Shown here one piece after another: positions 37,899 through 47,512 of a stretch of 64,000 nucleotides of DNA. The notes below the pieces were generated by a model. The model did no database searches. It worked only from the letters and a program-made list of their open reading frames with translations, and had not been told where the DNA came from. The position numbers and the translations under genes are program-made. The number at the start of each line of letters is the position of its first letter. Position 1 is the stretch's first letter. Source of the stretch: a bacterium (lineage in GTDB: Bacteria > CG2-30-53-67); assembly GCA_919901565.1 (NCBI GenBank), contig CAKKPE010000014.1, positions 37,908-101,907 on the forward strand, in the 5' to 3' direction.

Positions 37899-38058
37899 CC
37901 CCTGCATAAAAAACGCTTTATCTCTCCAGTAAAAACAAATATAATGAAGACCATCTTATGATCTCCTGCAATGATCCGGTATGTCTCAAATGAAGTATCC
38001 TGGATTGAAGGATTACCGGATCCATCCTGTTCCATGAACCGAGAAGGAGTCGCATAAA

Positions 38059-40026
38059 ATGACCGGTCTTCCAAATGAGGCAAATAAAACATTCCCCGTG
38101 CCCGAAGAATTCGCTGCCGGAGCCAAAATCAAAAGTGAGGATTATGAAAGGTTATATCATGAATCCATCCAGGACCCTGACCGTTTTTGGGGGGAAGTGG
38201 CAAAACGGGTCCATTGGTTCCGTCCATGGAACAAGGTCAGGGATTCAGACTTTGCAAATGCAAGGATCGCCTGGTTCACCGGAGGCAAACTGAATGTCAG
38301 TTACAACTGTCTCGACCGGCACCTGAGCGGCCCCCGCAAAGACAAGGTGGCCCTGATCTGGGAAGGGAATGAACCCGGCCAGTCCCGGCACATCACCTAT
38401 GCCGAATTGCACCGGGAAGTCTGCCGTTTCGCGAACGTCCTGAAGAAAAAGGGGATCCGCAAGGGGGACCGTGTGACCATCTACCTGCCTATGGTCCCGG
38501 AACTGGCCGTGGCCATGCTGGCATGCACAAGGATCGGCGCCATCCACAGCATCATCTTCGGCGGATTCAGCCCGGATTCCATCCGTGACCGCGTCAGCGA
38601 TTCCGGCGCCGTGATGATGATCACCGCCGATGTGGGTTACCGGGGATCCAAGGAGGTCCCCCTCAAGCAGAACGTCGATCAGGCCCTGGAGAGGTGTCCG
38701 CAGATCAAAACCTGTATCGTGTTGAACCGCTCAGGCAGGCGTTCGGCAGACATACGGTCCGGAAGAGATTTCTGGTGGGAAGACGAGATGTCATCTCCCG
38801 ATATCACCGACACTTGCGAACCTGAACAGATGGATGCGGAAGACCCGCTTTTTATTCTCTACACTTCAGGCTCCACCGGCAAGCCCAAAGGGGTCATGCA
38901 TACAACCGGAGGCTATCTGGTTTATACCAGCTTCAGCCATGAGATGATTTTCGACCTCCGGGAAGACGACGTCTACTGGTGTACCGCTGATATAGGATGG
39001 ATCACCGGACACAGCTATATCGTTTATGGACCTCTCTGCAATGGAGCAACCACCCTTGTCTTTGAAGGGGTCCCGAGTTATCCGACATGGAGCCGTTTCT
39101 GGGACGTTGTGGACCGCCATCAGGTTTCCATTTTCTACACAGCCCCCACGGCGATCCGGGCCATCATCCGCCAGGGTGATCAACATCTCAAGAATAACCG
39201 CCTGACCAGTCTGAGACTGCTCGGCACCGTGGGCGAACCCATCAATCCGGAGGCCTGGCTCTGGTACCACGACAAGGTTGGAAAAGGGAGGTGTCCCATC
39301 GTGGATACCTGGTGGCAGACGGAAACCGGCGGGATCCTGATCACCCCCCTTCCAGGCGCCATGACACTCAAACCCGGATCGGCCTGCAGGCCGTTTTTCG
39401 GCGTGGAACCGGTGATCCTGGACCAGGATGGAAAAGAGTTGACCGGTGAAGCGAACGGTCTGCTGGCCATCAAGAAGGATTGGCCCGGCATGATGAGGGG
39501 CGTATTCGGGGACCAGGAACGATTCTACAAGACTTACTTTGCAGCCTACCGGGGATACTACCTCACCGGTGACGGCGCCAGGAGGGATGCTGACGGTGAT
39601 TATTGGATCACAGGACGCGTGGACGATGTGATCAACGTCTCCGGCCATCGGATCGGCACGGCCGAGGTGGAGTCCGCTCTTGTCCTGCACAAGAGTGTTG
39701 CGGAAGCCGCTGTGGTAGGGTACCCTCATGAAATCAAGGGACAGGGCATATACAGCTATGTGACGCTTAAAGACAGTCTTACCCCATCGGCAGAACTCAA
39801 GGAAGAACTGATCCGGATGGTCAGAAAAGAAATCGGACCGATCGCCACCCCGGATATTATCCACTGGGCGCCCGGACTTCCAAAAACCCGGAGCGGCAAG
39901 ATCATGCGCAGAATCCTCCGAAAGATCGCAAGCATGGAATATGACCAATTGGGGGACACATCCACGCTGGCCGAACCTGAGGTATTGGATATTTTGATCC
40001 GTGACCGTAAAAAAATGAGATCCTGA
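38059..40026 (+). CDS. acs: Acetyl-CoA synthetase
   Basis: [14 protein letters not shown]-binding motif and full-length Acs pattern, including the C-terminal SGKIMRR. Confidence 0.95.
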   Translation: MTGLPNEANKTFPVPEEFAAGAKIKSEDYERLYHESIQDPDRFWGEVAKRVHWFRPWNKVRDSDFANARIAWFTGGKLNVSYNCLDRHLSGPRKDKVALIWEGNEPGQSRHITYAELHREVCRFANVLKKKGIRKGDRVTIYLPMVPELAVAMLACTRIGAIHSIIFGGFSPDSIRDRVSDSGAVMMITADVGYRGSKEVPLKQNVDQALERCPQIKTCIVLNRSGRRSADIRSGRDFWWEDEMSSPDITDTCEPEQMDAEDPLFILYTSGSTGKPKGVMHTTGGYLVYTSFSHEMIFDLREDDVYWCTADIGWITGHSYIVYGPLCNGATTLVFEGVPSYPTWSRFWDVVDRHQVSIFYTAPTAIRAIIRQGDQHLKNNRLTSLRLLGTVGEPINPEAWLWYHDKVGKGRCPIVDTWWQTETGGILITPLPGAMTLKPGSACRPFFGVEPVILDQDGKELTGEANGLLAIKKDWPGMMRGVFGDQERFYKTYFAAYRGYYLTGDGARRDADGDYWITGRVDDVINVSGHRIGTAEVESALVLHKSVAEAAVVGYPHEIKGQGIYSYVTLKDSLTPSAELKEELIRMVRKEIGPIATPDIIHWAPGLPKTRSGKIMRRILRKIASMEYDQLGDTSTLAEPEVLDILIRDRKKMRS

Positions 40027-40045
40027 AACCGGATTTCACTGATTT

Positions 40046-40086
40046 CAATAAATTCCTTCTCCCTTTTGGGGAGAAGGAATTTATTG
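40046..40086 (+). terminator. Perfect 18 bp-stem hairpin after acs (REP-like, possible terminator)
   Basis: caataaattccttctccc-ttttg-gggagaaggaatttattg. There is no clear U-tract. The core is shared with the hairpin at 56753-56775. Confidence 0.45.
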
Positions 40087-40142
40087 ATTGCCCTAAACCT
40101 TGTCCCCAAAGGAACTGAATCTCCATAATTGTGACACAGTCC

Positions 40143-40305
40143 CTGGATCGGGGAATCCATGGTTCGACAAGCTCACCATGACAATTGTCACCCTGAGCAT
40201 GTCGAAGGGTGGATTGTCCGGTCAAGCCCCGGTAAACCGAGGGCAAGCCGGACAATGACAATCATTATGTAATCCTGATGTGTACCAATCCCCCGATCCA
40301 GTAGG
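40143..40305. repeat. Palindrome-rich intergenic element
   Basis: Outer inverted repeat ctggatcgggg / ccccgatccag. Inner hairpin attgtccgg...ccggacaat. It also contains the word gtcaccctgagcatgtcgaagggtg. Confidence 0.5.
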
Positions 40306-40347
40306 AGGACAGGCATTTTTGTCGCAGGCCCATCCTTTTCCCGGTAC

Positions 40348-40375
40348 TTGATATCCTCCTGTCTTATGGTATAGT
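40348..40375 (+). promoter_or_regulatory. Putative sigma-70 promoter
   Basis: ttgata-N16-tatagt, upstream of the DksA/TraR-like gene. Confidence 0.4.
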
Positions 40376-40442
40376 TATGCTATTCATGAAGGGATGACCG
40401 CATGAGCTTGTGAGCATAACCGCTCAGACAGGAGTGAGAATC

Positions 40443-40784
40443 ATGGAGACGGAAAGACTCATATTTTTCAAGGACATGATACTTTCAGACCGGGGTAAAC
40501 TCCTGAAAAGCATCAGCAGTGTCGACAGCGAAATTGCCGCTTATATGGATCAGCAGCTGATTGAGTTTAGCGAACGGAGCGAGGAGGATGCCGTAGTCAA
40601 TCTCCTGAACCGTCTGGACTATCGGCAGAAAAAAGAACTTTCTCTCATGGAAGAGGCCCTATCGAGGATCCGGTCCGGAACCTATGGGATCTGTATGCAT
40701 TGCGGTCATAACATCCCGGAAGACCGCCTTCTGGCCATCCCCTACACCACCTCCTGCAAGCTCTGCACGAGCAAAGAAACCTGA
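40443..40784 (+). CDS. DksA/TraR-family C4 zinc-finger protein
   Basis: CMHCGHNIPEDRLLAIPYTTSCKLC. ATG at 40443 follows aggagtgag. Confidence 0.8.
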   Translation: METERLIFFKDMILSDRGKLLKSISSVDSEIAAYMDQQLIEFSERSEEDAVVNLLNRLDYRQKKELSLMEEALSRIRSGTYGICMHCGHNIPEDRLLAIPYTTSCKLCTSKET

Positions 40785-40827
40785 AACCGTTGAACCTTTA
40801 TTGAAGGGATCTTCTTTGAAAGAGGCC

Positions 40828-41823
40828 ATGCTCTACCAGAAGACCCGGGGGAATGAAGTACTCTGCAATCTATGCAGCCATCGATGCCGGATCAAGGATT
40901 CAAAACGCGGTATCTGCGGGGTTCGGGAGAACAGGCAAGGGGTCCTCTATTCACTGGTCTACAGAAAACTCATCTCCAGGGCCGTGGATCCCATCGAAAA
41001 AAAACCTTTTTTTCATTTTCTGCCCGGGTCCAGGTCATTATCCATCGCTACCGTCGGATGCAATTTCCGATGCCGTCACTGTCAGAACTCCGATATCGCC
41101 CAAATGCCCCACGATTTGCACCAAATCCTCGGCGAGGACATCTCTCCGGAAGAAATCATCCGGGAATGCAGAACCCGGCAGTGCCGGAGCATCTCCTACA
41201 CGTACACCGAGCCCACGATTTTTTTCGAATATGCCTATGATATTGCAAAGCCAGCCCACGAAGTGGGGATCAGAAATGTCTTTGTCAGCAATGGATACAT
41301 GACCGGAGAGGCGATCGAGGTGATCGCCCCCTATCTCGATGCCGTCAATATTGATCTCAAGGGGCTGGATCCATTCTATAAAAAAATATGCAATGCCAGG
41401 ATGGAACCTGTTATAGAGACGATCCGGAGGATGCACGAACTCAAGATCTGGGTTGAGGTGACGACACTGGTCATCCCTTCGCTGAATGACAGTGATGAAG
41501 AACTGAGGCAGCTCGCTGAAATCCTGGCCGGTATCGACTGCTCCATCCCCTGGCACCTCAGCGCCTTCCATCCCTGCTACAGGCTCCTTGACAAACCCGG
41601 AACGCCGGCAGAGACCATCCGCAGGGCCAGAGAGATCGGAATCCAGGCCGGCCTGAAACATGTCTATGTAGGGAACCTCTCCGGTGAACAGGGAGAGAAT
41701 ACTTTTTGTACCCGATGTCACCAGCTTCTGGTTGAACGCACCGGTTACACGATCATGCAGAATCGCATGATCAAGGGAAAGTGCCCTGATTGCGGAATTC
41801 TCATAGACGGTGTGTGGTCCTGA
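40828..41823 (+). CDS. AmmeMemoRadiSam-system radical SAM enzyme
   Basis: CNLCSHRCRI...GICGVR N-terminal Cys motif and CNFRCRHCQN radical SAM motif. The start could instead be the TTG at 40816. Confidence 0.8.
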   Translation: MLYQKTRGNEVLCNLCSHRCRIKDSKRGICGVRENRQGVLYSLVYRKLISRAVDPIEKKPFFHFLPGSRSLSIATVGCNFRCRHCQNSDIAQMPHDLHQILGEDISPEEIIRECRTRQCRSISYTYTEPTIFFEYAYDIAKPAHEVGIRNVFVSNGYMTGEAIEVIAPYLDAVNIDLKGLDPFYKKICNARMEPVIETIRRMHELKIWVEVTTLVIPSLNDSDEELRQLAEILAGIDCSIPWHLSAFHPCYRLLDKPGTPAETIRRAREIGIQAGLKHVYVGNLSGEQGENTFCTRCHQLLVERTGYTIMQNRMIKGKCPDCGILIDGVWS

Positions 41824-42476
41824 TGAACTATACAACCCAGCGGAAAAAGATGGTGGAGACCCAACTTATCCAGAGAAACATCAAGGATGCCAGGGTCATC
41901 GAGGCCATGCAGGAGGTCCCCAGAGAATACTTCATCCCGGAACTATCCCGATCCTTGGCCTATGAGGACCGCCCGGCACCTATTGGAGAAGACCAGACTA
42001 TTTCCCAACCCTATATGGTGGCCTTGATGACCCAGGCTCTCAAACTTTGCGGCCGGGATATTGTCCTTGAAATAGGTACCGGATCCGGATATCAAACCGC
42101 GATCCTTTCAAAAATTGCAGCGCATGTCTATTCCATCGAACGTATCCCGACCCTGGCCGCAAAGGCAAAAGAGACCCTCAATACACTCGGATATACCCAT
42201 GTAACGGTCATGGTCGGAGACGGGACCAAAGGGGATCCGGAACATGCCCATTATGACGCCATCATCGTCACAGCGGGTTCACCAGGAATCCCCCCATCCC
42301 TGAAGGAACAGCTCGCTGACGGCGGCAGACTGGTCATCCCCGTAGGAAGCCGGGGCTATCAGGAGCTTCATAGAATCACCCGTAACGGGAATGATTTTGT
42401 CACAGAAAACCTGGGCGGGTGCATCTTTGTCCCACTGATCGGAGTGGAGGGATGGGGAAAAGACGTTCCAATGTAG
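41823..42476 (+). CDS. pcm: Protein-L-isoaspartate O-methyltransferase
   Basis: LEIGTGSGYQTA SAM-binding motif. The ATG overlaps the upstream TGA by 1 nt. Confidence 0.9.
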   Translation: MNYTTQRKKMVETQLIQRNIKDARVIEAMQEVPREYFIPELSRSLAYEDRPAPIGEDQTISQPYMVALMTQALKLCGRDIVLEIGTGSGYQTAILSKIAAHVYSIERIPTLAAKAKETLNTLGYTHVTVMVGDGTKGDPEHAHYDAIIVTAGSPGIPPSLKEQLADGGRLVIPVGSRGYQELHRITRNGNDFVTENLGGCIFVPLIGVEGWGKDVPM

Positions 42477-42548
42477 AGCTTGCAGAATCCTCACGATCGG
42501 GTATAATTTTAAGAATCATTTCCAAAAAGTACGCTGCAATGACGAAGG

Positions 42549-42836
42549 ATGAAGCGCTTGGAAGAGAAAATCATGGTCGAAGGGATTGACCTCCAGGAAC
42601 TCATGGTGAACTGGTCGAACCATCTCCTTTATCTGTGGGACACAAGGCATATGATCTTCAAAAGGTTTCATGTTCTTCACATGAGCCGAACCGCCCTTGA
42701 AGCTGCGGCCTGGGGAGAGGCATACAAGCCCGGCAGTCACGAACTGCTCACGGACATCAAGGCCGCAACCTATCATAACCTGCTTATAGAAAAGCATGCC
42801 GGAGTCTGGACCGCGGAAATCCTGCTGGATATTTAA
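42549..42836 (+). CDS. Archease, C-terminal part only (N-terminally truncated, possibly a pseudogene)
   Basis: ELMVNWSNHLLYLW...IKAATYHNL...AEILLDI matches the C-terminal two thirds of archease. There is an in-frame stop at 42540-42542, and only 72 nt separate this ORF from pcm. Confidence 0.6.
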   Translation: MKRLEEKIMVEGIDLQELMVNWSNHLLYLWDTRHMIFKRFHVLHMSRTALEAAAWGEAYKPGSHELLTDIKAATYHNLLIEKHAGVWTAEILLDI

Positions 42837-42851
42837 AAAAGGATCTTACAG

Positions 42852-44297
42852 ATGGAGCTCAAAGATCTCAAAAAAATACATGACAATCTTTATGAAATCC
42901 CGAGACAGGGGGAGATGAGGGTTCCCGGCCGCATCTATGCCAATGCAGGACTGCTCAAAGATATTCTTTCAGACAAAAGCCCGGAACAGGTCATGAATGT
43001 GGCTACCCTCCCCGGGATTCTCAAGTATTCCCTGGCCATGCCGGACATGCATTGGGGATATGGATTCCCTATAGGCGGGGTCGCTGCAACGGACATGGAA
43101 ACCGGCGTCATATCTCCTGGCGGCGTGGGGTATGATATCAACTGCGGATGCAGGCTGGTCCGGACCAGCCTTTCCTATGGCGATATCAAGAACCGGATAC
43201 ATGACATGGTCACGTCACTGTTTCAGAATATCCCCTGCGGTGTGGGTTCCCATGGCGCCATCCCGAAGCTGACCCGTACTGAGGAGGAAATGGTCATGGT
43301 CCATGGATCCGCATGGGCCGTAAAGAACGGCTTCGGGACCCAGGACGACCTCGATCATACCGAAGAATCCGGATGCATGTCAGGCGCAAACCCGGACAAG
43401 GTCAGTGACCGGGCCAGAGAACGGGGACTGAACCAGTTGGGCACGCTCGGTTCAGGGAATCATTTCATCGAGATCCAGGTGGTCGAACAGATCTTCGATG
43501 ATACCGTGGCACAGGCATTCGGCCTTTTTGAAAATGGGATTACCTTCATGATCCATTCGGGTTCCAGAGGATTCGGCTACCAAATCTGCGACGATTACCT
43601 CAAGATCATGTCTCACACGGCATCCAAATACCACTTTAACCTTCCCGACCGCCAACTGGCCTGCGCACCCCTATCCTCTCCGGAGGGCAAGGACTATATG
43701 GCAGCCATGGCCTGTGCTGCAAACTTCGCCTGGGCAAACCGCCAGATCATGATGCATCTGTCCATAGGTACCCTGCAGAAAGCTCTGGGTATCGGCCCCA
43801 GGGAGATCGGGGCCAGGCTCGTTTATGATGTCTGCCACAATATCGCCAAATTCGAAGAGCACCAGATCAACGGCGGGAAGCAAAAGGTCTGTGTACACAG
43901 AAAAGGGGCCACACGGGCCTTTCCACCTGGTCATCCCCTCGTTCCAAAAGATTACCGCCATGTGGGCCAGCCGGTCCTGATTCCAGGAGACATGGGGCGC
44001 GCCTCCTATGTCTCGGTGGGTACTGAAACGGCCATGCAGCAGACCTTCGGTTCCAGCTGCCATGGAGCGGGCCGTTTGCTCTCCCGGCACGGGGCCATCA
44101 AGGCCGCCAGAGGAAGGGCCATTTACAGGGAACTCGAGGACCAGGGAATTATCGTGATGTCCCGTGGGAAAAAGACCCTGTCCGAAGAGATGCCAGAGGC
44201 ATATAAAGATATCCATAACGTAGTGCAGGTCATGCACGATGCCGGAATCGCCATGAAAGTGGCCAGGATGAGGCCTATTGGCGTAATCAAGGGATAA
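42852..44297 (+). CDS. rtcB: RNA 3'-phosphate ligase RtcB
   Basis: DMHWGYGFPIGG, GSGNHF, HSGSRG and HRKGAT motifs. Confidence 0.95.
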   Translation: MELKDLKKIHDNLYEIPRQGEMRVPGRIYANAGLLKDILSDKSPEQVMNVATLPGILKYSLAMPDMHWGYGFPIGGVAATDMETGVISPGGVGYDINCGCRLVRTSLSYGDIKNRIHDMVTSLFQNIPCGVGSHGAIPKLTRTEEEMVMVHGSAWAVKNGFGTQDDLDHTEESGCMSGANPDKVSDRARERGLNQLGTLGSGNHFIEIQVVEQIFDDTVAQAFGLFENGITFMIHSGSRGFGYQICDDYLKIMSHTASKYHFNLPDRQLACAPLSSPEGKDYMAAMACAANFAWANRQIMMHLSIGTLQKALGIGPREIGARLVYDVCHNIAKFEEHQINGGKQKVCVHRKGATRAFPPGHPLVPKDYRHVGQPVLIPGDMGRASYVSVGTETAMQQTFGSSCHGAGRLLSRHGAIKAARGRAIYRELEDQGIIVMSRGKKTLSEEMPEAYKDIHNVVQVMHDAGIAMKVARMRPIGVIKG

Positions 44298-44476
44298 TGA
44301 GAGGCTTATGGATCTGATTTTGGTTTTATCAGGAATTTATTCAGATTCCGATTAAAAAAGCAGGCTACATGACAAAACGGAATTTGAAAAAAAGAAATTG
44401 CCGAATGAACACATTCGGAGTTACAATATCCATATAACATAAAAAAAATAAACCTGAAATAAAAGGAGTAACAGTT

Positions 44477-44716
44477 ATGACAACAACTATTACACCGGAC
44501 AAGACTTTGGATGTTAGAGGAATGGCTTGCTCACTGGTCATGATGAAAAGCAAACAGACCCTGGACGGCATGGCAGCAGGACAGATTCTGGAAGTGGTCA
44601 CCACGGACGCCTGTACCGAATATGATATTCCCACTTGGGTATCGAAAACGGGCAAAGAGCTTCTTACGACCACCAAAGACCAGGGAACGATCAGGTTTTA
44701 TATTAAAAAGAAATAA
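44477..44716 (+). CDS. TusA/SirA-family sulfur carrier-like protein
   Basis: LDVRGMACSLVMMK...ILEVVTTD pattern. The Cys is present but is followed by Ser rather than Pro. Confidence 0.7.
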   Translation: MTTTITPDKTLDVRGMACSLVMMKSKQTLDGMAAGQILEVVTTDACTEYDIPTWVSKTGKELLTTTKDQGTIRFYIKKK

Positions 44717-44725
44717 GCCATTTTT

Positions 44726-46669
44726 TTATTTTGAATTTTTATCGTTTTGTGGGGTGAAGACTTTTTCGATTCCCTCTACGTTATAGGTTACCGGACAGCG
44801 TGGGAGGCTTCGCATGAAGACCTTTCCATAGGATCGTGATCGTATACGTCTGTCCATGATGGAAAGCACACCGCGGTCCTTCTTGTTCCGGATCAGGCGT
44901 CCAAATCCCTGTTTAAGGGTGATGACCGCTTCCGGCAGCTGATACTCGTAAAAGGGGTCCCCTCCCCTCCTCCGGATTGAATCGATCCGGGAGGCGACCA
45001 CAGGATCCGAAGGCGAGGCAAAGGGAAGTTTATCGATGATCACACAGGAGAGGGCTTCCCCCTGGACATCGATTCCCTGCCAGAATGACCGCGTGGCCAG
45101 AAGCACAGACTCCGTTTCTTTACGGAATCTTGAAAGAAGGGCATCTCTGGAATCATCTCCCTGTTTCAATATAGGATATTCTATCTTCCCCTGAAGCAGC
45201 TCATAGACTGCATGCATGTGACGGTAGCTTGTGAAGAGAATCAGTGCACGTCCCCTGGTCCTTTCCAGTATTTCCCGGATATGATTCGAGGCCTCTTCGA
45301 CAAAGCCCGAACCATCAGGTTCGCTCTTCATATCAGGAATGTAAAGAATAACCTGAGAGGCATAGTCAAAAGGCGAAGGGAAAGACCTCTCAGCAGCATC
45401 TTTCATCCCTAAACGTTTCTTGATAAATTCAAAACTCCCTCCGGCCGTCAGTGTGGCCGAAGTCAGCACTGCACAGAAAACCTTTGAAAAGACTCTCTCA
45501 GCCAGATCATTGGAGACGTCTATGGGCGATGCATGAAGAAAAACCCCCTTCCCCCGGACCTCACGCCAATAGACCATCTCCGGGTCCGAGGTCTCCATGA
45601 TCTGCTGTAGGTCGCTGGAGATCTCCCCCGCCCTTCTGGTGCATGAGGCCAGCGCTTCTCCATCCGCTGCAGCCCCCAACAGTTCTCCCTGCAACCGGTC
45701 CAGAACAAGAATGACTTGAGAGCCTTTAAGGATAAGGGCGCCGTCCATGTTCTCCCGCAAAAGCCGCATCTTTTCCGGCCCGTGCGGAAAAGCTGAAAAA
45801 TAATCCGTGGATTTTCCCTCCAGTTCAACACAGATTTGCTCGATCCTGCCTGCGCCCTTGGCGTCTTTAAGTTCACGAAGCCCATGGCGTGTGTCCCGGA
45901 TCAGTTCTCCAATCCGGTAATTGCTGACCTGACATCCGAAGTAATGGGTGGCCACATCCTCGATCAGATGGGCCTCATCGAAGATCACCGCGTCATACGA
46001 CGGGATCACCTCTCCGTAACCCTTCTCCTTGACAGAAAGGTCCGCAAAAAAAAGATGATGGTTCACAATAAGGATATCCGCTTTGGCCGCCGCTCTGCGC
46101 ATCTGTGTGATGAAACATTTTTCGATATCCGGGCATTTGCTACCCAGACAGGTCTCCACCCCTGAGTTAATCCTCCGCCAGAGCTGGGAGTTCTCGTCAA
46201 CACCATAGAGATCTGCAACATCCCCGGTCTTTGTCTTGACAGCCCATTGCTGCACCCTCCGGAAAAGCCTGCCCTCACCGGGGGTATCAAATAAAGATAA
46301 GGCCCCAAACTTGATAAATCGGTTCAGACAGAGGTAATTGGACCGCCCCTTCATGTAGCTCGCAAAAAAACGGATGGGCAGCGCTTTTCGGATCAGAGGG
46401 ATGTCTTTGTAGAAAAGCTGTTCCTGAAGGGCCTTGGTCCCGGTAGAGATGATCACCTTCTTGCCTGAGAGGATCGCCGGTGCAAGATAGGCAAAAGTCT
46501 TGCCGGTCCCTGTCCCGGCCTCCACCAGGACATGGCCCCCCTCCAGCAATGCACGGTAGATGATATCGCTCATCTCCATCTGCTGGGAACGGGAATCGTA
46601 GTCTGGAATAACCCCTGCAAGACTCCCAGACTCGCTAAATATGCCTTTGAGATCATGGACCTCAGCCAT
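44726..46669 (-). CDS. dinG: DinG/XPD-family ATP-dependent DNA helicase with Fe-S cluster Cys
   Basis: AGTGTGKT Walker A, DEAH box (FDEAHL), and Cys cluster C..NRF...ETCLGSKCPDIEKC. Confidence 0.85.
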   Translation of the reverse strand: MAEVHDLKGIFSESGSLAGVIPDYDSRSQQMEMSDIIYRALLEGGHVLVEAGTGTGKTFAYLAPAILSGKKVIISTGTKALQEQLFYKDIPLIRKALPIRFFASYMKGRSNYLCLNRFIKFGALSLFDTPGEGRLFRRVQQWAVKTKTGDVADLYGVDENSQLWRRINSGVETCLGSKCPDIEKCFITQMRRAAAKADILIVNHHLFFADLSVKEKGYGEVIPSYDAVIFDEAHLIEDVATHYFGCQVSNYRIGELIRDTRHGLRELKDAKGAGRIEQICVELEGKSTDYFSAFPHGPEKMRLLRENMDGALILKGSQVILVLDRLQGELLGAAADGEALASCTRRAGEISSDLQQIMETSDPEMVYWREVRGKGVFLHASPIDVSNDLAERVFSKVFCAVLTSATLTAGGSFEFIKKRLGMKDAAERSFPSPFDYASQVILYIPDMKSEPDGSGFVEEASNHIREILERTRGRALILFTSYRHMHAVYELLQGKIEYPILKQGDDSRDALLSRFRKETESVLLATRSFWQGIDVQGEALSCVIIDKLPFASPSDPVVASRIDSIRRRGGDPFYEYQLPEAVITLKQGFGRLIRNKKDRGVLSIMDRRIRSRSYGKVFMRSLPRCPVTYNVEGIEKVFTPQNDKNSK

Positions 46670-46844
46670 AAATTCTCCTTTTGATAAAAAATAACATAGT
46701 ATATCGAGGTTGCCAATCTTTTCGTTCTTTTAATATTTCTTAGGCAGGTAGACTTGATCTTTTCCTGGATTTTGGATAGATTAATATCCATATCAGTCAT
46801 GCCTTATCAAAAGAGAAGGCATCCCATCTAAAAAGGAGACGACC

Positions 46845-47243
46845 ATGAGCCCGACAGCTGCCTACGGAATTCGGAAAATTCTTTCATGCACCTATGAAGA
46901 AGCCTTGCCCAGGGTTAAGGAGGCCCTGTCCAAGCAGGGCTTCGGAGTTTTGACAGAGATTGATGTCAGGGCTACCTTGGAAAAAAAGCTGGATCTCGAT
47001 TTTAACAAGTATGTCATCCTGGGGGCATGCAATCCGACCATGGCCTATCAAACCCTCCAGGAAGAGATCGAGATCGGGCTTCTGCTCCCGTGCAATGTGA
47101 TTGTTTACGAGAATGCCGAAAAGCAGACTGTGGTCTCTGCCATTGATCCTGTAAAGATGCTCGAAATCGTTGAAAATGAAAATCTGACTCTGAACGCCAA
47201 TAAAGTCAAGGAAATGCTAAAAAAGGTCATATCATCCCTGTAG
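46845..47243 (+). CDS. DUF302 domain protein
   Basis: GFGVLTEIDV...YVILGACNP...LLPCNVIVYE pattern. Confidence 0.75.
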   Translation: MSPTAAYGIRKILSCTYEEALPRVKEALSKQGFGVLTEIDVRATLEKKLDLDFNKYVILGACNPTMAYQTLQEEIEIGLLLPCNVIVYENAEKQTVVSAIDPVKMLEIVENENLTLNANKVKEMLKKVISSL

Positions 47244-47512
47244 ACAGAACCAAAAACAAAGATATTTTTTTATTTATATTTTTATTGACTTTATACATTA
47301 TTTATATTAAATTAACATGATATTGTTTTATTGAAAAATAGGAGTGAGTTTCTTGTATTAGGAGATTTAATAAAATTCCTTCCCAAGGATACCTCAAAAT
47401 ATCTTCCGGATTTTTCAGTAAACAACCTTAAAAAATAAAGATGCCGCTCCTTTGAAAAGAGAATTCTATTTTGCTTCTTAGAAGATGATTGAGAACGAGA
47501 AAGGTGAATGAA

